A DNA stretch of 64,000 nucleotides from a virus (Duplodnaviria > Caudoviricetes). The stretch covers positions 1-64,000 of IMG/VR virus record IMGVR_UViG_3300002168_000002. The stretch is one strand, 5' to 3'. This document shows, piece after piece, positions 41,261-52,550 of the stretch. A program made the position numbers and the translations under genes. Under the pieces are notes generated by a model, which saw nothing but the letters and a program-made list of their open reading frames with translations, was not told where the DNA came from and searched no databases. Every line of letters begins with the position of its first letter. The stretch's first letter is position 1.

Positions 41261-42169
41261 ATGGCAAAACTTATAAAACCACTTTTTATTAATGGAATGT
41301 ATAACAAAGAAGGTAAACGCATTCGGGTAAATTACTTTAAAACGGTTGGGGAATATCCTCTATGGATTGAGGACGGAAAACCGAACAAAGATTATGCCAG
41401 AAATCCACAAGATAAATATTATATTTATATTCAAGTTGGCGAATATATTTTTACAAATGGAGAAACAGAATATGACATTATACAACAAGCTGGATATACA
41501 AAACTCAACAAAGAATGGTATGGTGATATTGAAGGAAGAAATAAGTTTTTTAATGAATTGCGTAAAGGTAAAACATATGAAGAATATAGTCCCTTAATCA
41601 AAGAACAAATTGACAAAGAGCAGGCATTTATTGATGAATATGGACAAAAGGAAGATGTTCAATTTGCATATTTAAAAGAAACGTATATTGACCGCCATAT
41701 TCAAAACTGGATAGATGCAAGAGATAACGGAGGAAAATTTGCAGATTTTATTGGAGCATTGTGTCTTGATGAATTAGATAAATGTCAAGAAATTGCAAAG
41801 GTATTAAAAATAAAAAGGCAAGAAAAGGAAAAAATATGGAAGGCAGAAATTGCAAAACAAAGAGCGAAAGAAGCTGAAGAAAAGGCAAAAGCTGAAAGAT
41901 TACTTATTGAAAAAACAGAAAAGATTTTTATAAATGGAGGTACAATAAAAGGTGGAGATATTATTGTTAAATTAGCAGACAAATATAATATAAATATTCC
42001 AATAAGAACGAAAGGATGGATATATGATTGTTTAGCTGAATGTACTATAACAGAAAATGGTGGAGCAAGCTATAGGTATTGGAAGAAGAAAAAAGGGACA
42101 AAAGGAAGTCAGAAGGTATATGATATCTTGTTTGATATTCGTAAAGCTATACAAAATAAAGTAACTTAA
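41261..42169 (+). CDS. hypothetical protein bounded by two 18-bp boundary elements
   Basis: 302 aa; elements at 41218 and 42171. Confidence 0.85.
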   Translation: MAKLIKPLFINGMYNKEGKRIRVNYFKTVGEYPLWIEDGKPNKDYARNPQDKYYIYIQVGEYIFTNGETEYDIIQQAGYTKLNKEWYGDIEGRNKFFNELRKGKTYEEYSPLIKEQIDKEQAFIDEYGQKEDVQFAYLKETYIDRHIQNWIDARDNGGKFADFIGALCLDELDKCQEIAKVLKIKRQEKEKIWKAEIAKQRAKEAEEKAKAERLLIEKTEKIFINGGTIKGGDIIVKLADKYNINIPIRTKGWIYDCLAECTITENGGASYRYWKKKKGTKGSQKVYDILFDIRKAIQNKVT

Positions 42170-42436
42170 TACAAAATACGGATTTCATGACAAAGAGATC
42201 AAAGACAAAGGGGTATGTAAAAATGAAATTTCAAACCGATGTTTTTACTTTATATGATGGGTTTAATAAAGTGTTGAAGGTGTTGCCAAGAGGAATAATA
42301 TTTTGTCTTTAAAATCCATAGAAACACTTGATAAACTAATAGGAAATGAAGATTTTATATTGCCAATAAAAGATGTTGATTAATTTATAATTTTATAATA
42401 TAGTAATAAAAAACAACAAAAATATAGGAGTTAATT

Positions 42437-42730
42437 ATGTTACCAAAAGGTTTTGAGTATCGTGGCGTACCTAAAAGATGTGAATATTGTGGAGAACAGT
42501 ATATGCCCAATACTATTCGTCAAGTTTATTGCACTATACAATGTAACGAAAAAGCTAAGTATAAAAGAAGAAGAAATATCAGACAGAAGAAAGGATTATG
42601 TTTACAATGTGGCGGTAAAATGGATTATCCATTACGAATTAAAAAATCTAAAGAAGGGAAGAAAACAATTTCATATTGTTCTAAATGCAGAGAAAAATTT
42701 AGAGAAATAAAAAAGAGGAGAGTTAATTAA
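42437..42730 (+). CDS. basic zinc-finger protein
   Basis: CEYC, CTIQC, CLQC, CSKC. Confidence 0.75.
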   Translation: MLPKGFEYRGVPKRCEYCGEQYMPNTIRQVYCTIQCNEKAKYKRRRNIRQKKGLCLQCGGKMDYPLRIKKSKEGKKTISYCSKCREKFREIKKRRVN

Positions 42731-42732
42731 GA

Positions 42733-43260
42733 ATGAATTTTCATAAAGTTGGAGTTGGTGAAGCGTTTAATCTTTTTACAAGCAGAGTAAATACGGATTG
42801 TTGTATCATGGAAGTTATGGAAGATGGGATTTTTACAATAGTTATATTTTTAAATAATATGACAACAGAAGAGAAAAGGTTATTAAGGTTTGGGAAAATT
42901 AGAACAAGAATTATTGAAGAAGATAATTTCATCTTGCCTATATTGCAATTTGGTAATAATCTTATTTTTGAGATTGAATTTAATCCATTTTTATATGACG
43001 ATGAACGTAGAACTTTATCGGGTAAAAGTAATTTAGTTAATATTATAGGTGTAGAATTAACAGATTATACTGTACAAACAATTAGGTTAGCCAATATGCC
43101 TAAAAAGTTGTATGGTAAATATATTACTAGTTGGAATATAGCAGACCCTTTGAATTTTAGTGAAAAATATACTAAATGGATAGATAGTTTACGTAATAAA
43201 TATAGTGTTTATGATTTGTGGAATATGGGGGTTTATGTTGGTTATTTTGGAGAAAAATGA
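42733..43260 (+). CDS. hypothetical protein
   Basis: 175 aa, coupled to the zinc-finger gene. Confidence 0.8.
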   Translation: MNFHKVGVGEAFNLFTSRVNTDCCIMEVMEDGIFTIVIFLNNMTTEEKRLLRFGKIRTRIIEEDNFILPILQFGNNLIFEIEFNPFLYDDERRTLSGKSNLVNIIGVELTDYTVQTIRLANMPKKLYGKYITSWNIADPLNFSEKYTKWIDSLRNKYSVYDLWNMGVYVGYFGEK

Positions 43261-43393
43261 AAAAGTTTGAAAAATCTTAACCTGTGTTAAATATTAATTT
43301 ATCACGTTTTTTTAAATTTTGTCAGGTTAATACTTGACAAAGTAAAGAAATATAAATATAATAGTATTAAAATAAAAAGGAGGTAATTTAATA

Positions 43394-44329
43394 ATGGCGC
43401 ACATGGTAGAAACCATGTTTAGTTATCGGCAAGTACCTTGGCATGGACTAGGGAGGATTGTGGAAGAAGCACCAGATAGTAAAACAGCGATAAAATTGGC
43501 TGAGTTAGATTGGACAGTAGAGCAAGAACAAATACAATTAGTAAAAAATGGTGTGATAATTAAGGATTTTTATGCAAATGTTAGGAGTGCAGATGATTCG
43601 GTATTAGGAATAGTAAGTGGTAAATATAAAATTGTTCAAAATTATGAAGCGTTTGAGTTTACAGATGTTTTGTTGGGAGAAGGGACTAAGTACGAAGCGG
43701 CAGGTAGTTTATGTAATGGTAAAAAAGTTTGGCTATTAGCAAAATTAGAGGATCGTTTTAAACTTGTTGGAGATGATACAGAAGTGTATCTTGGATTTTT
43801 TAATAACCATGATGGAAAAGGAAGCGTTAGAGCATTTATAACTCCTGTAAGGGTAGTATGTTGGAATACATTAAATATGGCTTTAAAAAATGCAAGCAGA
43901 AGTTGGTCAACAATACACGCTGGAAGTATGCAAGAAAAATTAAAGGAGGCACAAAGAACATTAGAATTAACACATATTTATATGAACAAACTTTCTGAGA
44001 CAGCAGAAATACTTGCAGATAAGAAAATTACAAATAATGATGTAACAGAATTTACTGAAATGCTTTTCCCTATTGGCGATGATATGTCTGACAGGAAGAA
44101 AAACAATATAATTGATATTAGACAAGAATTACTTTATCGTTATAATAAAGCACCAGACTTGAAAAAATTTAACGGAACAGCGTGGGGATTAGTTGGAGCA
44201 GTATCAGATTTAGTTAGTCATTCTGCACCTAGAAGGAACACAAAAACATTTGCTGAAAATCGTTTTGATAAAGTAGTGACAGGGCATCCGATTTTTGATA
44301 AAGCAACAGAATTACTTTTGGTGGCATAA
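43394..44329 (+). CDS. DUF932 / TIGR03299-like phage-plasmid protein
   Basis: VETMFS...PWHGLG, YKIVQN, NNHDG, PVRVVCWNTL, GTAWG. Confidence 0.85.
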   Translation: MAHMVETMFSYRQVPWHGLGRIVEEAPDSKTAIKLAELDWTVEQEQIQLVKNGVIIKDFYANVRSADDSVLGIVSGKYKIVQNYEAFEFTDVLLGEGTKYEAAGSLCNGKKVWLLAKLEDRFKLVGDDTEVYLGFFNNHDGKGSVRAFITPVRVVCWNTLNMALKNASRSWSTIHAGSMQEKLKEAQRTLELTHIYMNKLSETAEILADKKITNNDVTEFTEMLFPIGDDMSDRKKNNIIDIRQELLYRYNKAPDLKKFNGTAWGLVGAVSDLVSHSAPRRNTKTFAENRFDKVVTGHPIFDKATELLLVA

Positions 44330-44393
44330 TAGGGGAGATATTATAAAATTGTGATTTGATGACATTAAAAAAATAAAAAGGAGGTATAAATAT

Positions 44394-46445
44394 ATGACAG
44401 ATTTTGTAAAATTTAAAAAAGCATTACAAGAAAACTTTAAAGAAATATCAGAAGATGTAAATCATTTATTTGAAATAGAATTAGACAAAGATGAATTATG
44501 GAGTTTATATCTAGATAGTTTTCCTGAAGGTACTAATAAAATTTTTAGACAAAGAAGAGAACATGATTGTAGTTGTTGTAGACAATTCATAAAAAATTTT
44601 GGTAATGTAGTTGTTATTAAAAATAATGAAATTAAAACTATTTGGGATTTTGAAATTGATAGTAAAACATATCAACCAGTAATTAATGCTTTGTCTAATT
44701 ATATTAAATCTAAAAATATTTCTAATATATATGTTACTAAATTTAAAAAAATAGGTACAGATAAAAATTATGAAAAAACAGAAAGTGAAAAAATAATTGA
44801 GTGGCAACATTTTTATTTAGAGTTGCCCGATAGGTTTATCTATAAAGGTAATCAATCAATAGGAGAAATAAAAGGTAGTTATAGAGATACAAGAAACGTA
44901 TTTAAGAGATCTCTGGAAGAAATAACAGAAGATAGTTTGTTAACAGTACTGGAACTTATATCTCAGAATTCATTGTATAAAGGCGAAGAATGGGAAAATA
45001 CATTAAAAGAATTTCTTAAATACAAAAAAGAATATGATAAACTAAGAACAAAAAAAGAAAAAAATAATTATACATGGGAAAAATCTGTAAAAGTTGGAAG
45101 CGTTATTGGAAAAATAAGAAATCATAGTATGGGAACATTACTTGTTAATATAAGTGAGGGTATGGAATTAGATATAGCAGTAAGAAAATATGAAGCAATG
45201 GTTGCTCCTACTAATTATAAACGTCCTAAACCAATATTTACCAAAAAAATGTTGGAAGACGCTAAGAAAACAATAGAAGAACTTGGTTATTTAGATTCTC
45301 TTAGTAGGAGATTTGCAAGACTAGATGATATAACAGTTAATAATATATTATTTTCTAATAAAGATGTTGTTAAAAGAATTAGTGGCGCAGATATTTTTGA
45401 AGAAATGTCAAGAGATGCCGTAATAAATCCTAAAAGATTTTCTAGAGTAGAAGAAATTTCTATTGATAACTTTATTAATAACGTATTGCCAATAACAAAA
45501 GAAGTTGAAATATTCCTGGAAAATAAACATGCGGGTAACATGGTTTCATTAATAGCACCCAAAAATAAAAATGCTAAAAGTATGTTTAAATGGAATAACG
45601 GATTTAGTTGGGCGTATTCAGGGAATATAACAGATAGTCTTATAAAAGAGAGGGTTAAATATGCTGGTGGTAACGTAGATGGCGTTTTAAGGTTTTCAAT
45701 ACAATGGAATGATGATAATTATAATCCAAACGATTTTGATGCACATTGTATTGAACCTTCGAGATATGAAATATTTTATATAAATAGAGGTAAAAAATCA
45801 CCAACTGGAGGGATGCTTGATGTAGATATAATAACACCTATTAATAATGTTCCAGCAGTTGAAAATATTACTTGGACAAGCAAAAATAAAATAGAAGAAG
45901 GCATATATAAATTCTTTGTTCATAATTATTCACATAATGGTGGGCGTAATGGTTTTAAAGCGGAAATTGAATTTGATGGACAGATATATTATTTTGAATA
46001 TAATAAAGAACTAAGGCATAAAGAAGATGTACATGTGGCAGAAGTTAGTTATAGTAAGAAAGATGGTTTTAGTATTAAAGAGAAATTACCTTCAAATATT
46101 TCATCAAAAGAAATATGGGAATTAAAAACTAACCAATTTATTCCCGTAACAGTTATAATGTATTCGCCTAACTATTGGGATGGACAGTATGAAATTGGAC
46201 ATAGACATTATTTCTTTATGCTTAAAAATTGTATTAATCCAGAGAGACCTAATGGATTTTTTAATGAATTTTTAAAAGAAGATTTAATGAAACATAGAAA
46301 AGTATTTGAAGCGTTAGCAAGTAAAATGGCGGTAGAAGATAGTGAAGAACAATTGAGTGGTTTAGGCTTTAGTTCAACTAAAAGAAATGAATTAGTGGTT
46401 AAAGTTAAAGGACAAACAGAAAGGATTCTCAAAATAAAATTTTAG
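44394..46445 (+). CDS. large phage protein with YfaP/TerD-like C-terminal domain
   Basis: HDCSCC; FSIQWN...DFDAH...LDVD...VENI...YKFFVHNY. Confidence 0.6.
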   Translation: MTDFVKFKKALQENFKEISEDVNHLFEIELDKDELWSLYLDSFPEGTNKIFRQRREHDCSCCRQFIKNFGNVVVIKNNEIKTIWDFEIDSKTYQPVINALSNYIKSKNISNIYVTKFKKIGTDKNYEKTESEKIIEWQHFYLELPDRFIYKGNQSIGEIKGSYRDTRNVFKRSLEEITEDSLLTVLELISQNSLYKGEEWENTLKEFLKYKKEYDKLRTKKEKNNYTWEKSVKVGSVIGKIRNHSMGTLLVNISEGMELDIAVRKYEAMVAPTNYKRPKPIFTKKMLEDAKKTIEELGYLDSLSRRFARLDDITVNNILFSNKDVVKRISGADIFEEMSRDAVINPKRFSRVEEISIDNFINNVLPITKEVEIFLENKHAGNMVSLIAPKNKNAKSMFKWNNGFSWAYSGNITDSLIKERVKYAGGNVDGVLRFSIQWNDDNYNPNDFDAHCIEPSRYEIFYINRGKKSPTGGMLDVDIITPINNVPAVENITWTSKNKIEEGIYKFFVHNYSHNGGRNGFKAEIEFDGQIYYFEYNKELRHKEDVHVAEVSYSKKDGFSIKEKLPSNISSKEIWELKTNQFIPVTVIMYSPNYWDGQYEIGHRHYFFMLKNCINPERPNGFFNEFLKEDLMKHRKVFEALASKMAVEDSEEQLSGLGFSSTKRNELVVKVKGQTERILKIKF

Positions 46446-46464
46446 AATAAAGGAGAGATTTATT

Positions 46465-46845
46465 ATGGAAAAAATGTTTGAAAGAGCAACAAGAGAAAAG
46501 ATGAGGTTTTCGTTTAAAGGACAAATTAGTGTGGAGGATCTTTGGGATTTATCAGTTGAAGATTTAGATTCAATTTTTAAAACTCTTAACAGACAAGCAA
46601 AACAAGTTAAAGAAGAAAGTTTGCTTCAAGTAAAAACTAAACAAGACGAAGAAGTTGATTTAAAAATTGAGATTGTAAAGTATATAGTTAAAGTTAAACT
46701 AGAAGAACAAGAACAAAAACAAAAAGAAAAAGAGAGAAAACAACAAAGGCAAAAAATATTAGAGATATTGTCTATGAAAGAAAATGAAAGTTTGCAGAAT
46801 AAATCAATTGATGAACTAAAAGCAATGCTTAACGAATTAGAATAA
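46465..46845 (+). CDS. coiled-coil partner of the 683-aa protein
   Basis: RF...SVEDLWDL, charged helix. Confidence 0.75.
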   Translation: MEKMFERATREKMRFSFKGQISVEDLWDLSVEDLDSIFKTLNRQAKQVKEESLLQVKTKQDEEVDLKIEIVKYIVKVKLEEQEQKQKEKERKQQRQKILEILSMKENESLQNKSIDELKAMLNELE

Positions 46846-46854
46846 TAATAGAAA

Positions 46855-46886
46855 TATAGGCAGAAAGTTTGTCTTTCTGCCTATTA
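46855..46886 (+). terminator. hairpin/terminator before mazF
   Basis: TAGGCAGAAAG/CTTTCTGCCTA. Confidence 0.7.
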
Positions 46887-47037
46887 TTAAATATGTTTAT
46901 TGGAGGTATTATTATTGAGTAAAAAAGACATTTTAATAAAATAAAAAAATAAAGTTTATAATGTATGAATAAAACAATGTTGGGCAGAATAGTTATATAG
47001 TAATAAAATAACTATATAACTATCAGGAGTGATTTAG

Positions 47038-47442
47038 ATGATTCAAGCCCAAATTGTTAATAATGATATTCAAGTATGGCAAACGTGGTTTCCTAAAAGA
47101 GGAGATGTTTATTACTGTAATTTGGATGGAATTGATAGTGAGCAGCAAGGAATAAGACCTGTTGTGATTCTATCAAATAATAAAGGTAATTTTTACGGTA
47201 GTATTGTAGTAGTTGCTCCAATTACAAGTAAGAAAAAACATCTTCCTCAAATTCATGTTTCTGTTGGGAAAGAGATAGGATTAAAAATTGATAGTTATGT
47301 TCTTACTGAACATATTAGAACTATTAGTAAAAGAAGGTTTTTTATTAACGGTAACTATCCTACTAAAATAACAACATTCTCTAAATATAAAATGATAGAA
47401 ATAGAGGATGCTATAAAATGTGAATTAGGCTTTACAAACTGA
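47038..47442 (+). CDS. mazF: PemK/MazF-family endoribonuclease, no obvious antitoxin
   Basis: KRGDVY, SEQQGIRPVVILSNN, VAPITSK, EHIRTISK. Confidence 0.9.
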   Translation: MIQAQIVNNDIQVWQTWFPKRGDVYYCNLDGIDSEQQGIRPVVILSNNKGNFYGSIVVVAPITSKKKHLPQIHVSVGKEIGLKIDSYVLTEHIRTISKRRFFINGNYPTKITTFSKYKMIEIEDAIKCELGFTN

Positions 47443-47580
47443 ATATGTCGAAATGTTTATATTGTAAAATAATTTATATATTATAAAATTAATAGAGATG
47501 TATTGATTTATATTTAATTTAATGTATAATTATATACAAACAACTGTTTGTATAAATAAATTTAAAATGGAGGAAGAGTA

Positions 47581-47871
47581 ATGGTAAATAAGATGGTTTA
47601 TGTAATACTAGATAGAGATGGTAACTACATTGCTCCAGGAAACTTTATTAACACTCGCCAAACAGAACAGGGATGGTATTTCTTTAAATTTACGGGTGAC
47701 TCTACAGGATTTGTTTTCTATACATCTAAAAAAACAGCAGAGTTTGAACTGAATGCACTTAGAGGATTAGGATATGATTTTGTTTTAGAGTGTGTGGATT
47801 TTAATTTAATACCTAAAGGCAAAAGAATAAAAAATAATTGCTTATATAAAAAAAAAGATAATACTTATTAA
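47581..47871 (+). CDS. hypothetical protein between mazF and the yopQ-like gene
   Basis: 96 aa, RBS GGAGG, sigmaA-like promoter upstream. Confidence 0.75.
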   Translation: MVNKMVYVILDRDGNYIAPGNFINTRQTEQGWYFFKFTGDSTGFVFYTSKKTAEFELNALRGLGYDFVLECVDFNLIPKGKRIKNNCLYKKKDNTY

Positions 47872-47955
47872 AAAATAATTTTATAATACATAATTTCATT
47901 GACTTTTACTTATAATTATAATAAAATACATAATTAAAGGAGGTACAATGAAATT

Positions 47956-49275
47956 ATGTTAAAAGAAAAACAAATTAAATTAAAAGAAAAACTTAAAAAT
48001 ATAATAGCGGAAGTAGGACATATTGTGGATATTAAACAAGAAATAGCAAATGAATTTCTTAGTAGAAATTTGCCAGCATATAGAGCTGCACAGGTTTTTA
48101 TGGGCAATGAATCACTAGATACTATTGGTGATTCTGAAGTTGATATTGGATTTTTATTTTTATTTTCTGTTGCCTTAAATAAAGCAGTAGAACAAAAAAC
48201 AAATCTAGGCATAAAAATAAATGTTGAAGATTATTTTACACAAATAGAAATTAAACAGTGGAGCAATTATAAAGAAGAAAAATTAAAAGATGATGTATAT
48301 CCTGTTATATTTGAAAATGTCCAACAAATTTCAGATCGAATTTGGCAAACCATTATAACAGCACAAGAGCTTGCAAAATTAGATGTTGAAAATTTGTTGC
48401 TATATAATTTTAAAACTCAACGATCTCCTAAAATAACTGTATCTGGTATAAAAATTGATTTTGATAAAAGAAAAATGATTGAGATTAAAAACAGAATATT
48501 AAATGGAGAACAATTTCCTGACCATATTAAGATAAATATCTTAAATAATTTTCAAGAAAAAATTCATTATGATCCTAAAAAACAAATCTTAACAATTGGC
48601 GAGGGTTCAACAATTAATATCTTTGACGGTTATCATAGAAAGGTAGCCAATTCCCTTGTTGTTGAAGAAAATCCCGAAATTAATTTTACTTGGGGACTTA
48701 TTATTACTAATCTATCTGAAAATGCAGCCAGGGATTATATGGTTCAGATTAATAAACAAAAACCAATTAAAAAGGAGCAAATAAAAGTATGGGATTTAAA
48801 CAAGAAGGAAAATCTTATTGTTAGTGTTATTGCTGATGATAAGATAAGCAAGCTTAATAAAGTAATGAAAGAACAAGATATAGAAATTAAATACGGTAGA
48901 GGACTAACTACAAAAAATATTATTGCAGAAGCCATAAAAGAAAATTATGTTTTGGACGATAATACTGATATAAGAGAGTTGGGTAGTTGGATTGTGACAT
49001 TTACTGATTATCTTTTTCATTTATATCCTAATGAATTTGTCGTTGGTAGAAATGAAAATTTTATGAACCATAAATATATTTTTTATGGGTATATTGCATT
49101 ATCCGCACAATTAAGAGGTAATAGTAATTGGAAAGAAGAAACTAAAAAAAAGATAGATAACATTAACTTTGATAAGAATAATATATTATGGAGAGATATT
49201 GGATTCACATCTAAAAAATTAAATAAAACATCACGTAATAAACTTTATAAGTTGTTTAGAAAGGAGGGTTTATAA
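47956..49275 (+). CDS. YopQ-like DndB/ParB-superfamily (DGxHR) protein
   Basis: YNFKTQR, IFDGYHR, QINKQKP; coupled to the MrpR-like gene. Confidence 0.7.
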   Translation: MLKEKQIKLKEKLKNIIAEVGHIVDIKQEIANEFLSRNLPAYRAAQVFMGNESLDTIGDSEVDIGFLFLFSVALNKAVEQKTNLGIKINVEDYFTQIEIKQWSNYKEEKLKDDVYPVIFENVQQISDRIWQTIITAQELAKLDVENLLLYNFKTQRSPKITVSGIKIDFDKRKMIEIKNRILNGEQFPDHIKINILNNFQEKIHYDPKKQILTIGEGSTINIFDGYHRKVANSLVVEENPEINFTWGLIITNLSENAARDYMVQINKQKPIKKEQIKVWDLNKKENLIVSVIADDKISKLNKVMKEQDIEIKYGRGLTTKNIIAEAIKENYVLDDNTDIRELGSWIVTFTDYLFHLYPNEFVVGRNENFMNHKYIFYGYIALSAQLRGNSNWKEETKKKIDNINFDKNNILWRDIGFTSKKLNKTSRNKLYKLFRKEGL

Positions 49276-50270
49276 TGGATATTATTTTTAAAAGAGATAA
49301 TGAACTTAAACAAGAATATTTAAGTACAAAACCAACAGCTACAGCAAAAGCAAATACGTTTGTTTTGCGTTTAGCTGATGAATATGAAAACTTAATTAAC
49401 AAATCAATTTATAACATGAATTATTCTGAGTTATATGAAATGCTTCTTGTACGATTTAAGAATTCTTCGGTAAGAACTATTATAAAAAACGTATCTATAC
49501 TAAAAAAATATATAGACTTTTGTTTGGATAAAAAAGTTGTAGAACATGGAGAAAACAGGTTATCTGTATTTACAAGAGAAGAAGCAAAAAGAATTGTGCA
49601 TAAACAAGCAATGTTAAATAAATATATTAGTAGAGAAAAACTTAGAGAGTATCAAAATATTTTATATAACGAACAAGATCAACTTTTGATTGAATTACCC
49701 TTCATAGGGGTTAGAGGTAGAACTGTAGAAAATGGAACATTGGAAGAAATAATTAATCTTACTATGCCTATAAAAAAAGATGAAGAAAATAACACTTTAA
49801 CTCTTGTACAAAACAATGGCAAAAGTAGAAGATTAGATGTAAAAACATCTACTATGGCATTAATAAGAAACACATATGAGCAAGAAGTGTATGTTGAAAA
49901 CAATAGTCAAGAAACAAATAATGTAAGATTATCATTTCAACCTAGAAAAATTCAAATTAACAAAGTAGAAAATTATGTACTAAGAGTGCCTGGGAAAAAT
50001 AAATACGAAAAATTTACTCCTAATTTACTTAATTCTAGAATGAAAAGAATCCAGAAGTATTTAGATAATCCTTATCTATCGTTTACTTCTTTGTATCAAT
50101 CAGGGATGATTCAGCTTGCGGTGGATAAGTATAAAGAAAATGGGGTTGTAACAAAAGAAGATTATATAGAAATTTGTATTAGGTTCAATTATGGATCGGG
50201 AAATCCAGAAAAGTATTGGTTTGAAGTAAAAGATTTGTTTAAACAGTATAAAAAGTTGTTGCATATGTAA
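49275..50270 (+). CDS. MrpR/YopR-like repressor (degenerate tyrosine recombinase fold)
   Basis: SAM-like N-terminus, FIGVRG...EEIINL, SLYQSGMI in place of HxLRH; synteny with the yopQ-like gene. Confidence 0.65.
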   Translation: MDIIFKRDNELKQEYLSTKPTATAKANTFVLRLADEYENLINKSIYNMNYSELYEMLLVRFKNSSVRTIIKNVSILKKYIDFCLDKKVVEHGENRLSVFTREEAKRIVHKQAMLNKYISREKLREYQNILYNEQDQLLIELPFIGVRGRTVENGTLEEIINLTMPIKKDEENNTLTLVQNNGKSRRLDVKTSTMALIRNTYEQEVYVENNSQETNNVRLSFQPRKIQINKVENYVLRVPGKNKYEKFTPNLLNSRMKRIQKYLDNPYLSFTSLYQSGMIQLAVDKYKENGVVTKEDYIEICIRFNYGSGNPEKYWFEVKDLFKQYKKLLHM

Positions 50271-51007
50271 TTTAACTATGCTATAATATATCTACAATTT
50301 TCGTCAAAAGTAGATGTATTATATTATGACATGAAATTTAAACAATTTAAAAGCCGTAAATATTATTGTACATGGGTAAGTACTAGAAGAATTAAAAATT
50401 GTAGGATATTTATATATAGATCGCCTATTTTAAAGTTATATCATTTTGTGGTTGAATATTGTAGTATAATTATATACACATCACTAGATGATAATCTAAG
50501 ATTCAATAATTTTGAATTATGTAGTAAATCTGCTGAATTGTGGATAAAAACAAATATTAAGTAAATAAAAAAGTTATTAAAATGCTAAAATAAAAAGGAG
50601 ATAAAAACGGAAATTTTTTAGAAAGAATAGAACTGGTTTATAAAGAAGGTGTAAAAAGAATATGGAATTATCTAAAATTACAACACTTAGACAAGTAAAA
50701 TTTTGGTTGCAAAAGGGAGAAGTTGTTGTAATTAAATTAGCAGCAGATTCAGAAGCATATCTTGAAAAGGAGAAAAATAAACTATTATTTACTATACAAC
50801 CAAAATTTGGTAGCTGTAAAGTTTATGAAAATAGTTGGAAAGCAATTGATAATTTATTTTCTAAATTAAAAGATATGGAAATACAGATGTTTGTTGTTCA
50901 GGGTGCTTATTTAATTGAAAAGAAATCAAGTTTATTTGATAAAATTGCGGATTATTTTAGAAATAATAAAACTAATTAATCACTAAAAAAGAACGGGACT
51001 GATTCTA

Positions 51008-51577
51008 ATGATTAAAATTATAAAGAACGAATCTCCTTATATTACCGATGAACAAATTGAACAGTGTATTGCGATTTTAAACAATAAATATAAAGTAATG
51101 GAATGTAATGTTTTTTTAACAGATCCTTCATTTATTGAAGAAAATGGCGTTTTTGGTAACAGTAAAACTGAAATATATAGATTAGGGCATTATTATTTTG
51201 ATGGACTCAGAGATGTTTTTAACCGAAAATTATTAAAAATAAATAAATCTGATATTTATATTTGTTTAGATGCGATTAGGAAAGTAAATAAAACAATTGA
51301 TGGTTATAAAATTGACGTTATCGGATCATTGTTTCATGAAATATTTCATTCTTATCAAGTATTTACAAATCAAGAATCAGATAAAGATAAATGTGAAGAT
51401 GAGGCATGTAAATTTGCAATAAAAAATATGATGCGTCTTAGAAAAAAAATAAATAAAATATTAAATATAGAAAGCCCTAATTGGATTTATTATGGAAAAG
51501 GAGAAATAATATTTAAAAATAAATGGTGTGACTTTTTTAAAAGGAGGAAGTTAAATGAACATCAAGTCAATTATTGA
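51008..51577 (+). CDS. HExxH metallopeptidase-like protein
   Basis: LFHEIFHSYQ...EDEA. Confidence 0.6.
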   Translation: MIKIIKNESPYITDEQIEQCIAILNNKYKVMECNVFLTDPSFIEENGVFGNSKTEIYRLGHYYFDGLRDVFNRKLLKINKSDIYICLDAIRKVNKTIDGYKIDVIGSLFHEIFHSYQVFTNQESDKDKCEDEACKFAIKNMMRLRKKINKILNIESPNWIYYGKGEIIFKNKWCDFFKRRKLNEHQVNY

Positions 51578-52121
51578 AAAATATTTTCCAAATACTGAAT
51601 GGTATAATGAAAATTGTATATGCCCATATTGCGGTAATATTAATTTTGATTATAAAGAAGAAACATAGCTATTATGAAATATGGACTTGTAAAAATTGTG
51701 GTAAAAAATTCGGTGTAAAAATAGAAATTAAGAAAGTATTTATATATAAAACAGAAAAATTGTAATCAAACATGAGTTTTATTTAGAGATATAATACTAA
51801 CCAAGTTAGTAATATTTAAGGAGATGATTTAATATGTTTGTTATTTGTCAAAATGATTATCCAATAGGGATAGCACAAACTGAAAAAATAGTTAACAAAC
51901 AAGTAAAAGAACTGCAAAGAAAATTTGATTTATTGGATAAAAAATTAAATAGGAATGTATTTGGTAGATTATGTTATTTTCATTACTATGAATGTAATGA
52001 AATTGATATTAATCAAGTGTTATTTAAATTGTTTAATGGTTGGGACAAAGAATATATAATAAATTTATTGAAGGAATAAAATGGCTGAATTTCATTAACT
52101 TTTTGTTTTTAAGGAGATTAA

Positions 52122-52550
52122 ATGATGATTATAAAAGAAGAAAAGAAAAATCTATTTGATGTTGAAGATAAATACTATCTGGCACATTGTATTAGTTCAG
52201 ATTGCAAAATGGGAGCAGGGATAGCAGTAGAATTCCAAAAACGATACAAACTTAAAAACATATTATTGGAGAAATATACCAAAGAAGAAAGAAAACATCC
52301 TACTTGTATATTTGAAAAAAATGTTTTTAATCTAATCACTAAAGAAAAATATTGGCACAAACCTACTTATCAAACGCTACAAGGGTCTTTAATTGTAATG
52401 AGAAGAGATATTATCACTAATAAAATTAAATATATAGCAATGCCGAAGATTGGATGTGGTCTTGATAGACTTCAATGGGGTAAAGTAAGGGAAATAATGT
52501 ATGAAACATTTAAAGATCTGGATATTGAAATTTTGGTGTGTTATATTTGA
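52122..52550 (+). CDS. macrodomain protein (TARG1/DarG-like)
   Basis: LAHCISSD..MGAGIA..F, NLITK, MPKIGCGLDRLQW. Confidence 0.9.
   Translation: MMIIKEEKKNLFDVEDKYYLAHCISSDCKMGAGIAVEFQKRYKLKNILLEKYTKEERKHPTCIFEKNVFNLITKEKYWHKPTYQTLQGSLIVMRRDIITNKIKYIAMPKIGCGLDRLQWGKVREIMYETFKDLDIEILVCYI

Noticed and set aside
49275-50270. Second active integrase
   Set aside because: The HxLRH and LGH/Tyr catalytic motifs are not recognisable; better explained as an MrpR-like repressor
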